Virus record (IMG/VR): IMGVR_UViG_3300021960_000046
Span: 22,740-86,739 of that record
Reading direction: 5' to 3' (one strand)
Origin: a virus
DNA length: 64,000 nucleotides
Of this stretch, positions 1-9,358 are shown one piece after another. The notes below the pieces were generated by a model. The model did not search any database. It was not told the origin of the DNA and saw only the letters and a list, made by a program, of their open reading frames with translations. Positions within the stretch are counted from its first letter, which is position 1; each line of letters opens with the position of its first letter. The position numbers were made by a program, and so were the translations under genes.

Positions 1-11
1 CACACATATTT

Positions 12-776
12 TCATTTTTTGTGGAATGGACATTTATATTCTCCGTCTTTTCTCATTTGCTTTTGTTTTTCTTTGTACCCACCATTTAGACCATTAAACT
101 TTGTAAAAATATTTAAAGCACTAGTCTTTCTTTCTTTTTCAAATTCAGGTGTTTCATCAATACATTCAAATTCAAATTCGTTTCTTTGAAAAGGTATGTA
201 CATACACAATGGTGTACCTCTTTTAATCTCTATTGTGCCTTCTTTTTTAACCATGACTTGTTGATTAATTTCGTAGTGAAAATCTGTGTCTATAATGCCA
301 GGTAATACTTCAAAGTCTTCATTGAATTCATAGAACATTGGCATTTGTAACATAGAAACTCCTGGTGGAGTTTTTACAAACCAAGGACATTCTGTTTTCC
401 AACAGAATTTATATGTATCTCTTTGATTGGCAGGTAAGTGGTCAATGAATTGATTGTCACCATGAAATCTCCAAGGCAACTTATCGTTTGGTGTTTCCCA
501 ATTATAAACAACTTCACCGTCATTCAAAGTTTTAATAGTTAATCTACTATCACACCACATTTTCATTACATAACCAATTCTATGAAAATCTGGAAAAGAA
601 GGACAATTCTTAACGGTTGGTAATTTTTCTTCTCCGTCCATGGTAAATCTAGGAGTTTTTGCAAACCATGACGGAATATATTTTGTTGCAACTTCTATAG
701 GTTGAATATCGGCCAAACCTGGAACGGATGACCAGAAAGTTATTTTAGGTTGTTTCTTTTTAAAAAAGTTTATCAT
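12..776 (-). CDS. conserved hypothetical phage protein (possible dUTPase-like beta fold)
   Basis: 254 aa ORF; TVKNCP..D and LPGIIDTD...IKRGTPL.MYIPF motifs seen in marine myovirus hypothetical proteins. Confidence 0.55.
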   Translation of the reverse strand: MINFFKKKQPKITFWSSVPGLADIQPIEVATKYIPSWFAKTPRFTMDGEEKLPTVKNCPSFPDFHRIGYVMKMWCDSRLTIKTLNDGEVVYNWETPNDKLPWRFHGDNQFIDHLPANQRDTYKFCWKTECPWFVKTPPGVSMLQMPMFYEFNEDFEVLPGIIDTDFHYEINQQVMVKKEGTIEIKRGTPLCMYIPFQRNEFEFECIDETPEFEKERKTSALNIFTKFNGLNGGYKEKQKQMRKDGEYKCPFHKK

Positions 777-783
777 TAATTAC

Positions 784-1890
784 TCATCTTATAATATCAA
801 TATTACTATCTTTAGTCCATATCTCTAAATCATTTCGAATACGACCTTCTTCTTTTAACTTGTTATATCTTTTTGTGGCTAGTTTTCTCCACCATGAAAC
901 AATGTTATCTACATTGTATTTATCATAGTTTTCAGCCTTCTTTATTTCATCTGTTTTACCATTTACTATATCAACAAAGTTTTCAATACCATAATTTGAA
1001 ACATAATATCTTTTTTGTTCTGTTAAGTTCTTTGCGTTTGCAATAGTCACATCAAAGTTTTTACGGTCATCACCATCTAGTGCTTTCTTTACTAGACCAA
1101 TAATACCTGTAGTCATTTTAAGTTTACGACTTGACGCACCTTCTTTTACAAGTTGTCCTTTGCCAATAATATCCTCAACATAGTCTACCATATCTAAGTA
1201 AGGTTTACCATGCAACATAGGAATAAAATCTGACATTGTATTGCCTTTGTATCTTAGAAACGGTTTCATACCGTCATACATTGAGGCACCTTTTGTATTA
1301 CCATAGAGTGATGTAGTTTCAAACATTACCAAGTTCATATCATATTTTTTGTTTAATCGTTCTCTAACAAAGTGTGAACAACATACCCCAGCAAGAAGTT
1401 TACCACCGAGGTAATTATAACCAAAGGGCTGGCAAGGAACAATAACAAAACCCATAATTGCTGTCTTATTGAAAGTTGTGAGGTTTGGTACACTTCCCAA
1501 TAAATCATTTCTTGGTTTACAATTAATAACTGGACTCCCAAAACGCATAAAGCCCACAAACTTATTAGTATTATTTTCTTTAACTGCAAGTTTCAATGCC
1601 TTTCCTGGAATACTGACCATATTACTATGACTTGAAATCATATTAATACAGGTGTCCCATGTGTAGTTATCTAATTCAACAACTTCTAAATCCATGTCCT
1701 CTGGTGACATAGTAAAGTCACTAAACATCTCGGAATCTAAACCCATACCAGGCAAAGATGTAGGCAGACTATCAATCTGTGCCATCTTTTGGTCACGCAT
1801 GTACTGGTCTATTCTTTCAAACTGACCAAAATAGTCGTTGAAGATAGCTGCGACATGTTGTGCTTGTTCTTTACTTAGGGTCTTCGCCAT
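784..1890 (-). CDS. DUF4338 (DruA-like), putative Mom-like GNAT-fold protein, copy 1
   Basis: VP.QP.GYN..GGKLLA and ETTSLYG...S.Y motifs; paralog of 17375..18679. Confidence 0.65.
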   Translation of the reverse strand: MAKTLSKEQAQHVAAIFNDYFGQFERIDQYMRDQKMAQIDSLPTSLPGMGLDSEMFSDFTMSPEDMDLEVVELDNYTWDTCINMISSHSNMVSIPGKALKLAVKENNTNKFVGFMRFGSPVINCKPRNDLLGSVPNLTTFNKTAIMGFVIVPCQPFGYNYLGGKLLAGVCCSHFVRERLNKKYDMNLVMFETTSLYGNTKGASMYDGMKPFLRYKGNTMSDFIPMLHGKPYLDMVDYVEDIIGKGQLVKEGASSRKLKMTTGIIGLVKKALDGDDRKNFDVTIANAKNLTEQKRYYVSNYGIENFVDIVNGKTDEIKKAENYDKYNVDNIVSWWRKLATKRYNKLKEEGRIRNDLEIWTKDSNIDIIR

Positions 1891-1963
1891 TCCACATCCA
1901 TAATAATAAAACTGGTATCAATAATATAACTATACTACAAAATATACTAAATGTCAAGCTCAT
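1871..1963 (-). CDS. putative 30-aa single-pass membrane microprotein (MSLTFSIFCSIVILLIPVLLLWMWNGEDPK)
   Basis: Translated by hand; ATG overlaps the gp43 stop (ATGA); long hydrophobic stretch; below the ORF track cut-off. Confidence 0.45.
   Translation of the reverse strand: MSLTFSIFCSIVILLIPVLLLWMWNGEDPK
1929..1957 (-). promoter_or_regulatory. sigma70-type early promoter for DUF4338 copy 1
   Basis: TTGACA-N17-TATAGT on minus strand. Confidence 0.7.
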
Positions 1964-4446
1964 CCGAAGAAAGCCTCCAGACTTGCCTGTGGTTCTGCTT
2001 TCCAACCAATTGCGTCTAAGATAAATCGCATAGGGTCTAAGAAAGTCTTATCAAACATAACATCATAGTCTATGTATTGTTGTAGATTAAACTCGGTTGG
2101 TAGTGTACTAATATAACTGATAACATCAAACTTAAACGGATTGGCTTCTTTGAGTTTTAGAAACTTAATCTTGTCGCCTTCTTGTATCATAGGATACTTG
2201 TTATGTAATTTGAAATTATCAATCTGATGATTATATATCAAAGCACCTTTCACATGAATTGGTGTACCTTTGATGAATATGTTACTACTACTGGTATACT
2301 TTTTAAGATTGTTACAACTTCTAGGAAAAGCAATTGCTTCTGCCGGTAGTTTGAAAAATTCTGTTCTAAAGTCTGCAATAAATTTATGTAGGTCTGTTTG
2401 TTCTTTACCCATAATAATTTTAATTGCTTCTTTAATCTTACCTCTACAAACTTGTGGTGTTGAAGACTTAACGGCTTCGATACCCATAAGTTTAAGTTTA
2501 GGTTCTGCAAGTCTAACACCTTCTTCATCAAGTACATTTAGCATGTATCTCTTCTTTGCAATCCAGATACCTTTGTTGGCAATTACTTCTCGTTTCATTA
2601 CCATGGCATTTTTAAATGCATTAGAATAATCTGCTAGTTCATCAAAACATTTTTCAATATATGGTTCAATCTTTTGTTCACAAACTTTATTTAAGAAGTC
2701 AACAATCTGGTCATTTGTTTTACCTTTGCATGTTACTTCAACTAATTTTTCTAATCGAACATAGATACTATCTGTATCAGACGCCACAATATAATCTTCG
2801 TTATCTGTATTCAATACTTTGTTTAAATAATCATTTACTTTTTTTTCAATGAAACGAATAATAAACTGACCAGCAGTTGTAATACCAGCAGCCTGTCTTA
2901 CATCATAATACCTGAAGTATTGATTACCAACTGCACCATAAGCTGAGTTCAATGCAATCTTTCTTGCCCATTGAATATTATGGCACCTTGCAATCTCTTT
3001 AACTAATTCTGGATTCTTAGTTCTTTGATATTGTTCTTTTGCCTTCAACATTCGTTTCTTATAAATCACTCGTTCTTTATACATGGTCTCCATCATTTCA
3101 GATAGAAACCCTTGGCTGTCTCTCATAAACAATGCACCGTTAGGTGTAATTGTTGCGTTCTTTTCTTTTAAGAAATCTAAATTAATTTCTCTATTCAACA
3201 TCTTCTCAACACCAACGGCTGAATGATGAGAACCAATCAGTTTTTCTGGTGAGATGTTGTATTGAATAAGAATATGTGGATAAAGAGAGTTGATATCAAA
3301 TGAAACCATCCACTTGTGTTGGCCTGGTATAGGGTCTTTTACATAAGCGCCTTCATACTTTTCATTCTTAATGTGGTCTTCTCTTGGTGGTATGCAAATA
3401 TTCTTCTTCATCAAATAGTTTGCAATCAAAGTATCCCACACTCGCACTTGTGAAAAGATATCATCATAGTTAACTTTGGATTCATATGCAACGGTCAATG
3501 CCAGTTCAATCAAACCTAGTTTGTCTTCTAGTTTGTCAACAATCTCCACATCTTGTATGTTGTAATCTACAAACCTTTGAAAGTCTTTCTCATAAAATTC
3601 TTTGAATGTGCCATAAGGGTTATCGTTCTTGTTTTCATCTAGTTCTATTTCACCAATGAAATCTAGTTTATAACTTTCTTGCCTTGTTGGAATAAACCAC
3701 TTATACAAGTCAAGGTAATCTAACATAACGGTACCAAACAAAGTATAAACTCTTTGTGGTCGACCTTGTACATGAATTACTGCATTGTCAATCAATCCCC
3801 AAGGTGACATCTTTTCAATGACCTTTTGACCTGCAACAAGTTTAATTCTTTCCATCAAATATGGTAAGTCAAAAAACTTGGTATTCCAGCCTGTGATAAT
3901 ATCAGGATGATTTTTCATCCAAAACTTCACAAACTCAAACATCAATTCTTTTTCACTCTTACATTTAATATAAGTTACATCTGTTCTATCTGTATGATAA
4001 TCGCCTACACCCCATGTAATGATGTGTTTGTTTGTTTGATTTTTTACCGTAATACATAACAACTCTTCAACTGGATTTTCTACATCTGGAAAACCATTTT
4101 CACAAGTAGTCTCAATGTCTAGTGTAAAAATTTTAATTAGTTTTTTATCCCATTCAATCTCTTGTGGGAATTCTTGGCCAATATACTGATAATGAAACCT
4201 CTCTAAACCATAGACAGGTGTATTCATCTCAGACCTCTCTTTACGATATCGTCTGGCATCCATAATATTATCAAATGTTATTGGTTGTAGATACTGACCT
4301 TGTAGGTTTTTGTAAGGAGATTTAGATGATGTTAGAGAATAGAAAGTTGGCATAAAGTCCAACTTCTCTTTGTATTCTTTACCGCCGTGTATACCACGGA
4401 CTAATAGTTTTCCTCTGTGTTCGATAACATTTTTATAAAAGTTCAT
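1960..4446 (-). CDS. gp43: family B DNA polymerase (T4 gp43-like)
   Basis: Exonuclease DIET motif; polymerase motifs SFDINSLYP, KIALNSAYG, ASDTDS. Confidence 0.98.
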   Translation of the reverse strand: MNFYKNVIEHRGKLLVRGIHGGKEYKEKLDFMPTFYSLTSSKSPYKNLQGQYLQPITFDNIMDARRYRKERSEMNTPVYGLERFHYQYIGQEFPQEIEWDKKLIKIFTLDIETTCENGFPDVENPVEELLCITVKNQTNKHIITWGVGDYHTDRTDVTYIKCKSEKELMFEFVKFWMKNHPDIITGWNTKFFDLPYLMERIKLVAGQKVIEKMSPWGLIDNAVIHVQGRPQRVYTLFGTVMLDYLDLYKWFIPTRQESYKLDFIGEIELDENKNDNPYGTFKEFYEKDFQRFVDYNIQDVEIVDKLEDKLGLIELALTVAYESKVNYDDIFSQVRVWDTLIANYLMKKNICIPPREDHIKNEKYEGAYVKDPIPGQHKWMVSFDINSLYPHILIQYNISPEKLIGSHHSAVGVEKMLNREINLDFLKEKNATITPNGALFMRDSQGFLSEMMETMYKERVIYKKRMLKAKEQYQRTKNPELVKEIARCHNIQWARKIALNSAYGAVGNQYFRYYDVRQAAGITTAGQFIIRFIEKKVNDYLNKVLNTDNEDYIVASDTDSIYVRLEKLVEVTCKGKTNDQIVDFLNKVCEQKIEPYIEKCFDELADYSNAFKNAMVMKREVIANKGIWIAKKRYMLNVLDEEGVRLAEPKLKLMGIEAVKSSTPQVCRGKIKEAIKIIMGKEQTDLHKFIADFRTEFFKLPAEAIAFPRSCNNLKKYTSSSNIFIKGTPIHVKGALIYNHQIDNFKLHNKYPMIQEGDKIKFLKLKEANPFKFDVISYISTLPTEFNLQQYIDYDVMFDKTFLDPMRFILDAIGWKAEPQASLEAFFG

Positions 4447-4771
4447 TGTTCCTCAAATATGCAATTAAGCCATCATGTTTAGGTTCTAGTTCGATTTGAC
4501 AGGACAACCTACTGAGTCCTGGTTTATAGTCTTTTTCGTATTCTAATAAGTCAATTTCAGGACTATTATAAGCCATTTCATCTAATTTGTCAAGCCACCT
4601 TTCATCAATATACACATGACAAGTACCACACGCACAACAACCACCACAGGTGGCTGGTATTTCTTCGATAGGAACAGGTGAATGAAACTTGGCAGCCTCC
4701 ATAAGAGTAGTACCTACAGGCACTTCAACTCTTATCTTGGAGCCGTCTCTGACAAAATATACCGTAACCAT
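4433..4771 (-). CDS. fdx: [2Fe-2S] ferredoxin, adrenodoxin/ISC type
   Basis: CGGCCACGTCHV and SRLSCQI motifs. Confidence 0.92.
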   Translation of the reverse strand: MVTVYFVRDGSKIRVEVPVGTTLMEAAKFHSPVPIEEIPATCGGCCACGTCHVYIDERWLDKLDEMAYNSPEIDLLEYEKDYKPGLSRLSCQIELEPKHDGLIAYLRNNELL

Positions 4772-4772
4772 T

Positions 4773-5099
4773 TTAAAGTTTTGGTAGTTTTGCTTCTGTT
4801 ATGAATTTACTTTCTTGAGCTGACGGTTGTAAAATACCTGAGGTATTTTCTTCGTAGTTCTTTTTGATATCTGATTTAGGATTAATCATTGTGATAACTT
4901 TATCAATCATCACTTTAACTTCGCCGTCATCTGTATAAGGTTGCCATGGTGACAACATCAACTGAATTGGTTGTCCTGGTGCCATCTGTCTTGGAATTAA
5001 GACAAACGATTTTTTTAATACAATGTGGTCAGCATATTCATCAATATCACCGATTACATCTTCGCCTGTTGTTAGACGAATAATTTTAACATTCTTCAT
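4773..5099 (-). CDS. conserved T4-like phage hypothetical protein (Sm-like fold likely)
   Basis: VKIIRLTTGEDVIG N-terminus; AAGGAG RBS favours the ATG at 5099. Confidence 0.65.
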   Translation of the reverse strand: MKNVKIIRLTTGEDVIGDIDEYADHIVLKKSFVLIPRQMAPGQPIQLMLSPWQPYTDDGEVKVMIDKVITMINPKSDIKKNYEENTSGILQPSAQESKFITEAKLPKL

Positions 5100-5118
5100 A
5101 TTCACTCCTTGTTATCAT

Positions 5119-5147
5119 AATATAACACAACTAATTCAATTAGTCAA
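5119..5147 (-). promoter_or_regulatory. sigma70-type promoter upstream of hypothetical-fdx-gp43
   Basis: TTGACT-N17-TATATT. Confidence 0.6.
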
Positions 5148-6528
5148 TGCTGTATTTGGTTGTTATTACATATTTTCTTTGAGGGTTAACCATTACATTT
5201 AATTTGTTCATAAATGCACGGTCAAATAGAATAAGACTTCTCTCATCTCTATCGTCCAAAGTAAATTCTACATCTTTATAGAGACCGCCTGCAAACTCCA
5301 CATCAAGTTTGATAACATATCTGGTCTCATCATAATCTCTTAAGCCGCCTACTGATATGTCTTCTTTACGAATAATGTTTGAGGTTATAGTCTTACCCAA
5401 AAGAGTCCATCTAATTTGTTTACCATCCACCTTATACTTATCAGCGTGTATAACTGGCATGCCTGAATTACCAGTATCAAACTTAGCAACGATTTCCCCA
5501 AAAGGTTTAATTGTGACCACTTCTTTATAGCCACACTCCGTTGGTGTTTTATACCGGTTATTTTTATCAGCAAAGTAGTTGATAACAATGTTAGATATAT
5601 TAAGTTTAGTCGCATCCTCAATTCCCTCAGTACCAGGTGATGAATTCACCTCTAACATAAACGGCGGTTCTTTCTCCCTATTTTTACTAGGTATGAAATC
5701 AACTGCCGACCAATGTCCGTTTACTGCCTTAGCAGCTCTTAGACTTTCTTCAATTTCTAATTCTGTAAGTTCTATCTTTTCTGGTACAGAACCTTGTGAT
5801 ACATTTGACCTGAAGTCGCCTTCAATAACTGGTCGTTTCATAGCTGCAATTACTTTGCCACCTAAAATATGTACCCTTACATCATAATCTGTTTTAATAT
5901 ATTGTTGTGCTAATAAATCTGTGTCTTCATCTTGTTTATGAATTAATTGTACAATACTATCTAAACCTTTTTCTGTATCAACAAATAATACACCAACACC
6001 TTTAGAACCTCTAAGTGTTTTTAGAATAATAGGAAACTTTAAACCAGCTTCTTCAACTAGTTCTACTGATTTTTCGGGGTCATTGATAAGAATAGTTTTA
6101 GGTTCTGTTAAACCATAATCTGCAAGTCTTAATGAAGTTCTATACTTGTCTGCACAAATATTAATACTTTGTCTGTTGTTTACACAACATACATTGGCTC
6201 TTTCTAAGATAGACACAAAGTCCATCCAACTATCTTTTCTGACAACACTACCACGAATGATTGCAACGGTATCACTATCAATTTCAAAACCTTTTTTATC
6301 ATCTTGGTTATGAAATCTACGAACACCGTCCTCGTAAGTAGTATAACCGCCAGTAAGTTTAAAAAGATAGTGTGGATATTTTAACTTATCACACTCTTCT
6401 CTAAGTCTATCAGCAGTATGAAATTCTTTTGCCTTTTCTGGTTCATCTGTAATGATGAGCAGACGCAAGAATTTTTCTTTATCTACTTTAGCTTCTGTTA
6501 AATAGTCTTTAAATTTTGGTACTTGCAT
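5140..6528 (-). CDS. rimK: RimK-like ATP-grasp ligase fused to a C-terminal retropepsin-like (RimB-type) protease
   Basis: ADKY, PIILK..GSKGVGV, DVRV, FRSNVSQG, LEVNSSPG motifs; C-terminal AKFDTGN protease motif. Confidence 0.85.
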   Translation of the reverse strand: MQVPKFKDYLTEAKVDKEKFLRLLIITDEPEKAKEFHTADRLREECDKLKYPHYLFKLTGGYTTYEDGVRRFHNQDDKKGFEIDSDTVAIIRGSVVRKDSWMDFVSILERANVCCVNNRQSINICADKYRTSLRLADYGLTEPKTILINDPEKSVELVEEAGLKFPIILKTLRGSKGVGVLFVDTEKGLDSIVQLIHKQDEDTDLLAQQYIKTDYDVRVHILGGKVIAAMKRPVIEGDFRSNVSQGSVPEKIELTELEIEESLRAAKAVNGHWSAVDFIPSKNREKEPPFMLEVNSSPGTEGIEDATKLNISNIVINYFADKNNRYKTPTECGYKEVVTIKPFGEIVAKFDTGNSGMPVIHADKYKVDGKQIRWTLLGKTITSNIIRKEDISVGGLRDYDETRYVIKLDVEFAGGLYKDVEFTLDDRDERSLILFDRAFMNKLNVMVNPQRKYVITTKYSID

Positions 6529-6963
6529 TTACTTGCCATCTGTTTCACTTTCGCCAGGTTTTTTACCTATATTATATTTAGCTGTCAAGTTCCAGTCATT
6601 TTTTTCTTTATAAGGTAAAACCTTTATCTGGCTTAGTGGTGCTTTGTTGTCAACACTATCCTTTTTAACGATATCAATTAAGTTCCAATCTTGTAATAGT
6701 AGCGCAATTGTATTTCTTCTTTGAATATCATTTTCAACCAAAGTAGATTTCTTACCATCTAAAGCAAATAACTCTTTAAAATGGGTAATATAATACTTAC
6801 CTTGTTTGTGTAAAATATGACAAGATTGATATAGGGTTTTGTCTTTACGACTTGCAACACCTATTCTCGTCAAGGTCTCTCTAACCTTTAGAAAATCATC
6901 TGGTTGTTTGATTGTTACCTCAAGCATATCTGCCTGAGACCATTTTATAATCTCTTCACTCAT
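6529..6963 (-). CDS. regA: translational repressor RegA
   Basis: DDFLKVRETLTRIGVAS...LYQSCHILHKQGKYYITHFKELF. Confidence 0.97.
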   Translation of the reverse strand: MSEEIIKWSQADMLEVTIKQPDDFLKVRETLTRIGVASRKDKTLYQSCHILHKQGKYYITHFKELFALDGKKSTLVENDIQRRNTIALLLQDWNLIDIVKKDSVDNKAPLSQIKVLPYKEKNDWNLTAKYNIGKKPGESETDGK

Positions 6964-7355
6964 TTTTTTCTCCCACCCTTTTCCAAGGACTTTTTAATTA
7001 GTTCCAATTGTTCATCATTTAGTATGGTTAGAGCTTCTTTTGCTTTTTCATTACTATAGCCATAATACTCTTTCACATACTCCATGTCTTTAATCTTCGA
7101 TTGTGATAACCATTTACCACCAAATCGCTTTTTCTTACGGATACTATTTATATAAAAGTCAAATTGTACTTTTTTGTCAAGGAAGTGGAAGCCATTCATC
7201 TCATTGGCTTGTGCTATACAATCGTAATGCATTGACAGGCAACGATTGATAATGTAAGGAGAATATTTTTTCTCCCACATAATATCATCACTATCTAATA
7301 GTTTTTCTTTAGATGTATTGATAGCGTTTAGATAATCTTTTAGTTCATAACTCAT
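6960..7355 (-). CDS. gp62: clamp loader small subunit (gp62)
   Basis: YSPYIINRCLS, VKEYYGYSNEKA motifs; synteny gp45-gp44-gp62-regA. Confidence 0.93.
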   Translation of the reverse strand: MSYELKDYLNAINTSKEKLLDSDDIMWEKKYSPYIINRCLSMHYDCIAQANEMNGFHFLDKKVQFDFYINSIRKKKRFGGKWLSQSKIKDMEYVKEYYGYSNEKAKEALTILNDEQLELIKKSLEKGGRKK

Positions 7356-7371
7356 AATATATTAACCTCAA

Positions 7372-7447
7372 TGGTGCCCTCTGACGGAATTGAACCGCCA
7401 ACCTACTGATTACAAATCAGTTGCTCTACCAATTGAGCTAAGAGGGC
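7372..7447 (-). tRNA. tRNA-Thr(UGU), canonical, CCA encoded
   Basis: GCCCTCT acceptor stem, D-loop with GG, anticodon arm ACTGA-TTTGTAA-TCAGT, T-loop TTCAATT, ACCA end. Confidence 0.95.
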
Positions 7448-7452
7448 AAATT

Positions 7453-7527
7453 TGGAGCGGGTGACAGGATTCGCACCTGCGACATTTTCGTTGGCAACGA
7501 AATGCTCTACTCCTGAGCTACACCCGC
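7453..7527 (-). tRNA. tRNA-Gly(GCC), atypical D and T loops
   Basis: GCGGGTG/CACCCGC-TCCA acceptor, anticodon arm TTTCG-TTGCCAA-CGAAA, T-loop TGCGAAT. Confidence 0.9.
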
Positions 7528-7533
7528 TTATAC

Positions 7534-8478
7534 TCATTTAAATTTACAACTCGCCATAATCTCAGTTAGACAAGCAATTAAGTTAATTTCCTGGTCGGCA
7601 ACAAAGGCAGCCTTGTATTGATAACCAGCGACAATTAATATCATCTGAGGTACAGACGAAGCCTCTAACGCATTGGTTAGAACATCATATACACCTCTGA
7701 ATAAAGAAGATGGTTCTTTGTCTAAGTTCTGAACAACCCATTTACGCATATCATTAAATCGTTTCTCTTTTAAAGAAGCGACCAACTCTTTGTTATTGGC
7801 TTCAGATAAACTAAACAAAATACCACTATCAATTTTACCCCTTACAGAATATCTTTGTAGTTCATTTATAGTTCTACGAAAGTCTGGATAGTATTTCTGA
7901 ATTAACTCAGCCAATACTTTAGGGTCATATTCAACCTCTTCTTTCTTTAGAATGTCCTGTAATCTAGTTAGAAGTTGTTTGGCAGTTTTTACTTTCTGGC
8001 CATTAACAATTCTAAAATCAATTACGGTACATCTACTATGTAGAGGTTCAATGATTTTGTTTTTGAAATTACAAGTAAAGATAAATCTACAATTCTTGTA
8101 AAATGTTTCGATAAAATTACGCAAAGCAGGTTGTACGGACTCGGCATTCATATAGTCTGCCTCATCAATAATAACTACTTTGTGGTTTGCCTCTGCCGTT
8201 AGAGAAACGGTTGAAGCAAAGTTCTTAATCTTGTGTCGTAGTGTATCAATTTGACGGCCTTCATCTGAACCGTTAATGATAATATAATCTACGCCTAGTT
8301 GTTCACATAAAGCACGAGCAACGGTAGTCTTACCAGTACCTTGTGTACCTGATAATAGTAAATTTGGTAACTCGCCTTGTTTTAGAAAACTTTTGAAAGT
8401 CTCTTTAGTATCTTCAGCTAAAATACAATCATCAATTGTCTTTGGCCGATACTTTTCTACCCATAAATGGTCTGACAT
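7534..8478 (-). CDS. gp44: clamp loader large subunit (gp44)
   Basis: WVEKYRP, Walker A GTQGTGKT, IIDEAD, PLHSRC. Confidence 0.97.
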   Translation of the reverse strand: MSDHLWVEKYRPKTIDDCILAEDTKETFKSFLKQGELPNLLLSGTQGTGKTTVARALCEQLGVDYIIINGSDEGRQIDTLRHKIKNFASTVSLTAEANHKVVIIDEADYMNAESVQPALRNFIETFYKNCRFIFTCNFKNKIIEPLHSRCTVIDFRIVNGQKVKTAKQLLTRLQDILKKEEVEYDPKVLAELIQKYYPDFRRTINELQRYSVRGKIDSGILFSLSEANNKELVASLKEKRFNDMRKWVVQNLDKEPSSLFRGVYDVLTNALEASSVPQMILIVAGYQYKAAFVADQEINLIACLTEIMASCKFK

Positions 8479-8500
8479 TTTTTCCTCACTTGTTTCATAA

Positions 8501-9058
8501 TTAATAATTCTTAAAGTATATATTGAAAGACAAACTTATTCTCTCGCTATCTGTTAAATTAGTATCTATACTATGTAGGAGATAACCAGGAAATAAAATT
8601 AATTTACCTACATTTGGTTTATGGCCAAATGGTCTTCCAGCATAATGTTTAAAGATTGATGAATTCGTTTGATACGCTGGTGTATAAAACTTTATATCGC
8701 CATCATCACCACTTGTTTGGTAATAATATACTCCAGATATATCAGCAGTACCATGGTCGTGTTTATGTCCATAATTACCAGGTTTGAATAATGAAAACCA
8801 AGATATGGTTTTATATTCAGGCATATGATAATTTATTTCGTTACAATAAACAGGTAAGTTTTCATCTAATACTTGTTGAAAGTGTTTGAATGTAAATGTA
8901 CTATCAAAGTCACCTCCTAAGTAATGAGATTTCCACTCATCATGGTATTTGAATTCAACCGTTTTCAACAACTCAGATAATTCGGTTTGCACATTGTTTA
9001 ATTGTGGACCTGTTATCTGATTATAATATATTGGTGTTGAAAAAGGTGTTTCAATCAT
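8501..9058 (-). CDS. 2OG-Fe(II) oxygenase (HxH, TIGR02466-like)
   Basis: HDH..ISGVYY, LILFP..L.H, RISLSFN. Confidence 0.85.
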   Translation of the reverse strand: MIETPFSTPIYYNQITGPQLNNVQTELSELLKTVEFKYHDEWKSHYLGGDFDSTFTFKHFQQVLDENLPVYCNEINYHMPEYKTISWFSLFKPGNYGHKHDHGTADISGVYYYQTSGDDGDIKFYTPAYQTNSSIFKHYAGRPFGHKPNVGKLILFPGYLLHSIDTNLTDSERISLSFNIYFKNY

Positions 9059-9356
9059 TCACTTGTTCATCTTCATCATAAGAAAAGGTAACTTCATATC
9101 CACCTTTTCTGTCTGTCCACCAATCATCTTCTCGTTCATAGTCACACTCACTTACAAACTCCCAAAACTTATCGTTTTCTTCGTCTGTAGGTTCTTCGCC
9201 AATAGGTTCTATTTTAGAACCAAACTGCTGTTCTTGGTGTGATAAGATTTCTTTAAATCTTTGTACTGAACCGAAATCTTGTATGATGAATTCATCATCT
9301 ACATCATACTTGAATTCAGAAGCTACTTGGTGCCACTCAGTTTTGCTGAATTGCAT
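9051..9356 (-). CDS. hypothetical acidic protein
   Basis: 101 aa ORF tightly packed between neighbours; ends in DDWWTDRKGGYEV. Confidence 0.6.
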   Translation of the reverse strand: MQFSKTEWHQVASEFKYDVDDEFIIQDFGSVQRFKEILSHQEQQFGSKIEPIGEEPTDEENDKFWEFVSECDYEREDDWWTDRKGGYEVTFSYDEDEQVND

Positions 9357-9358
9357 AA

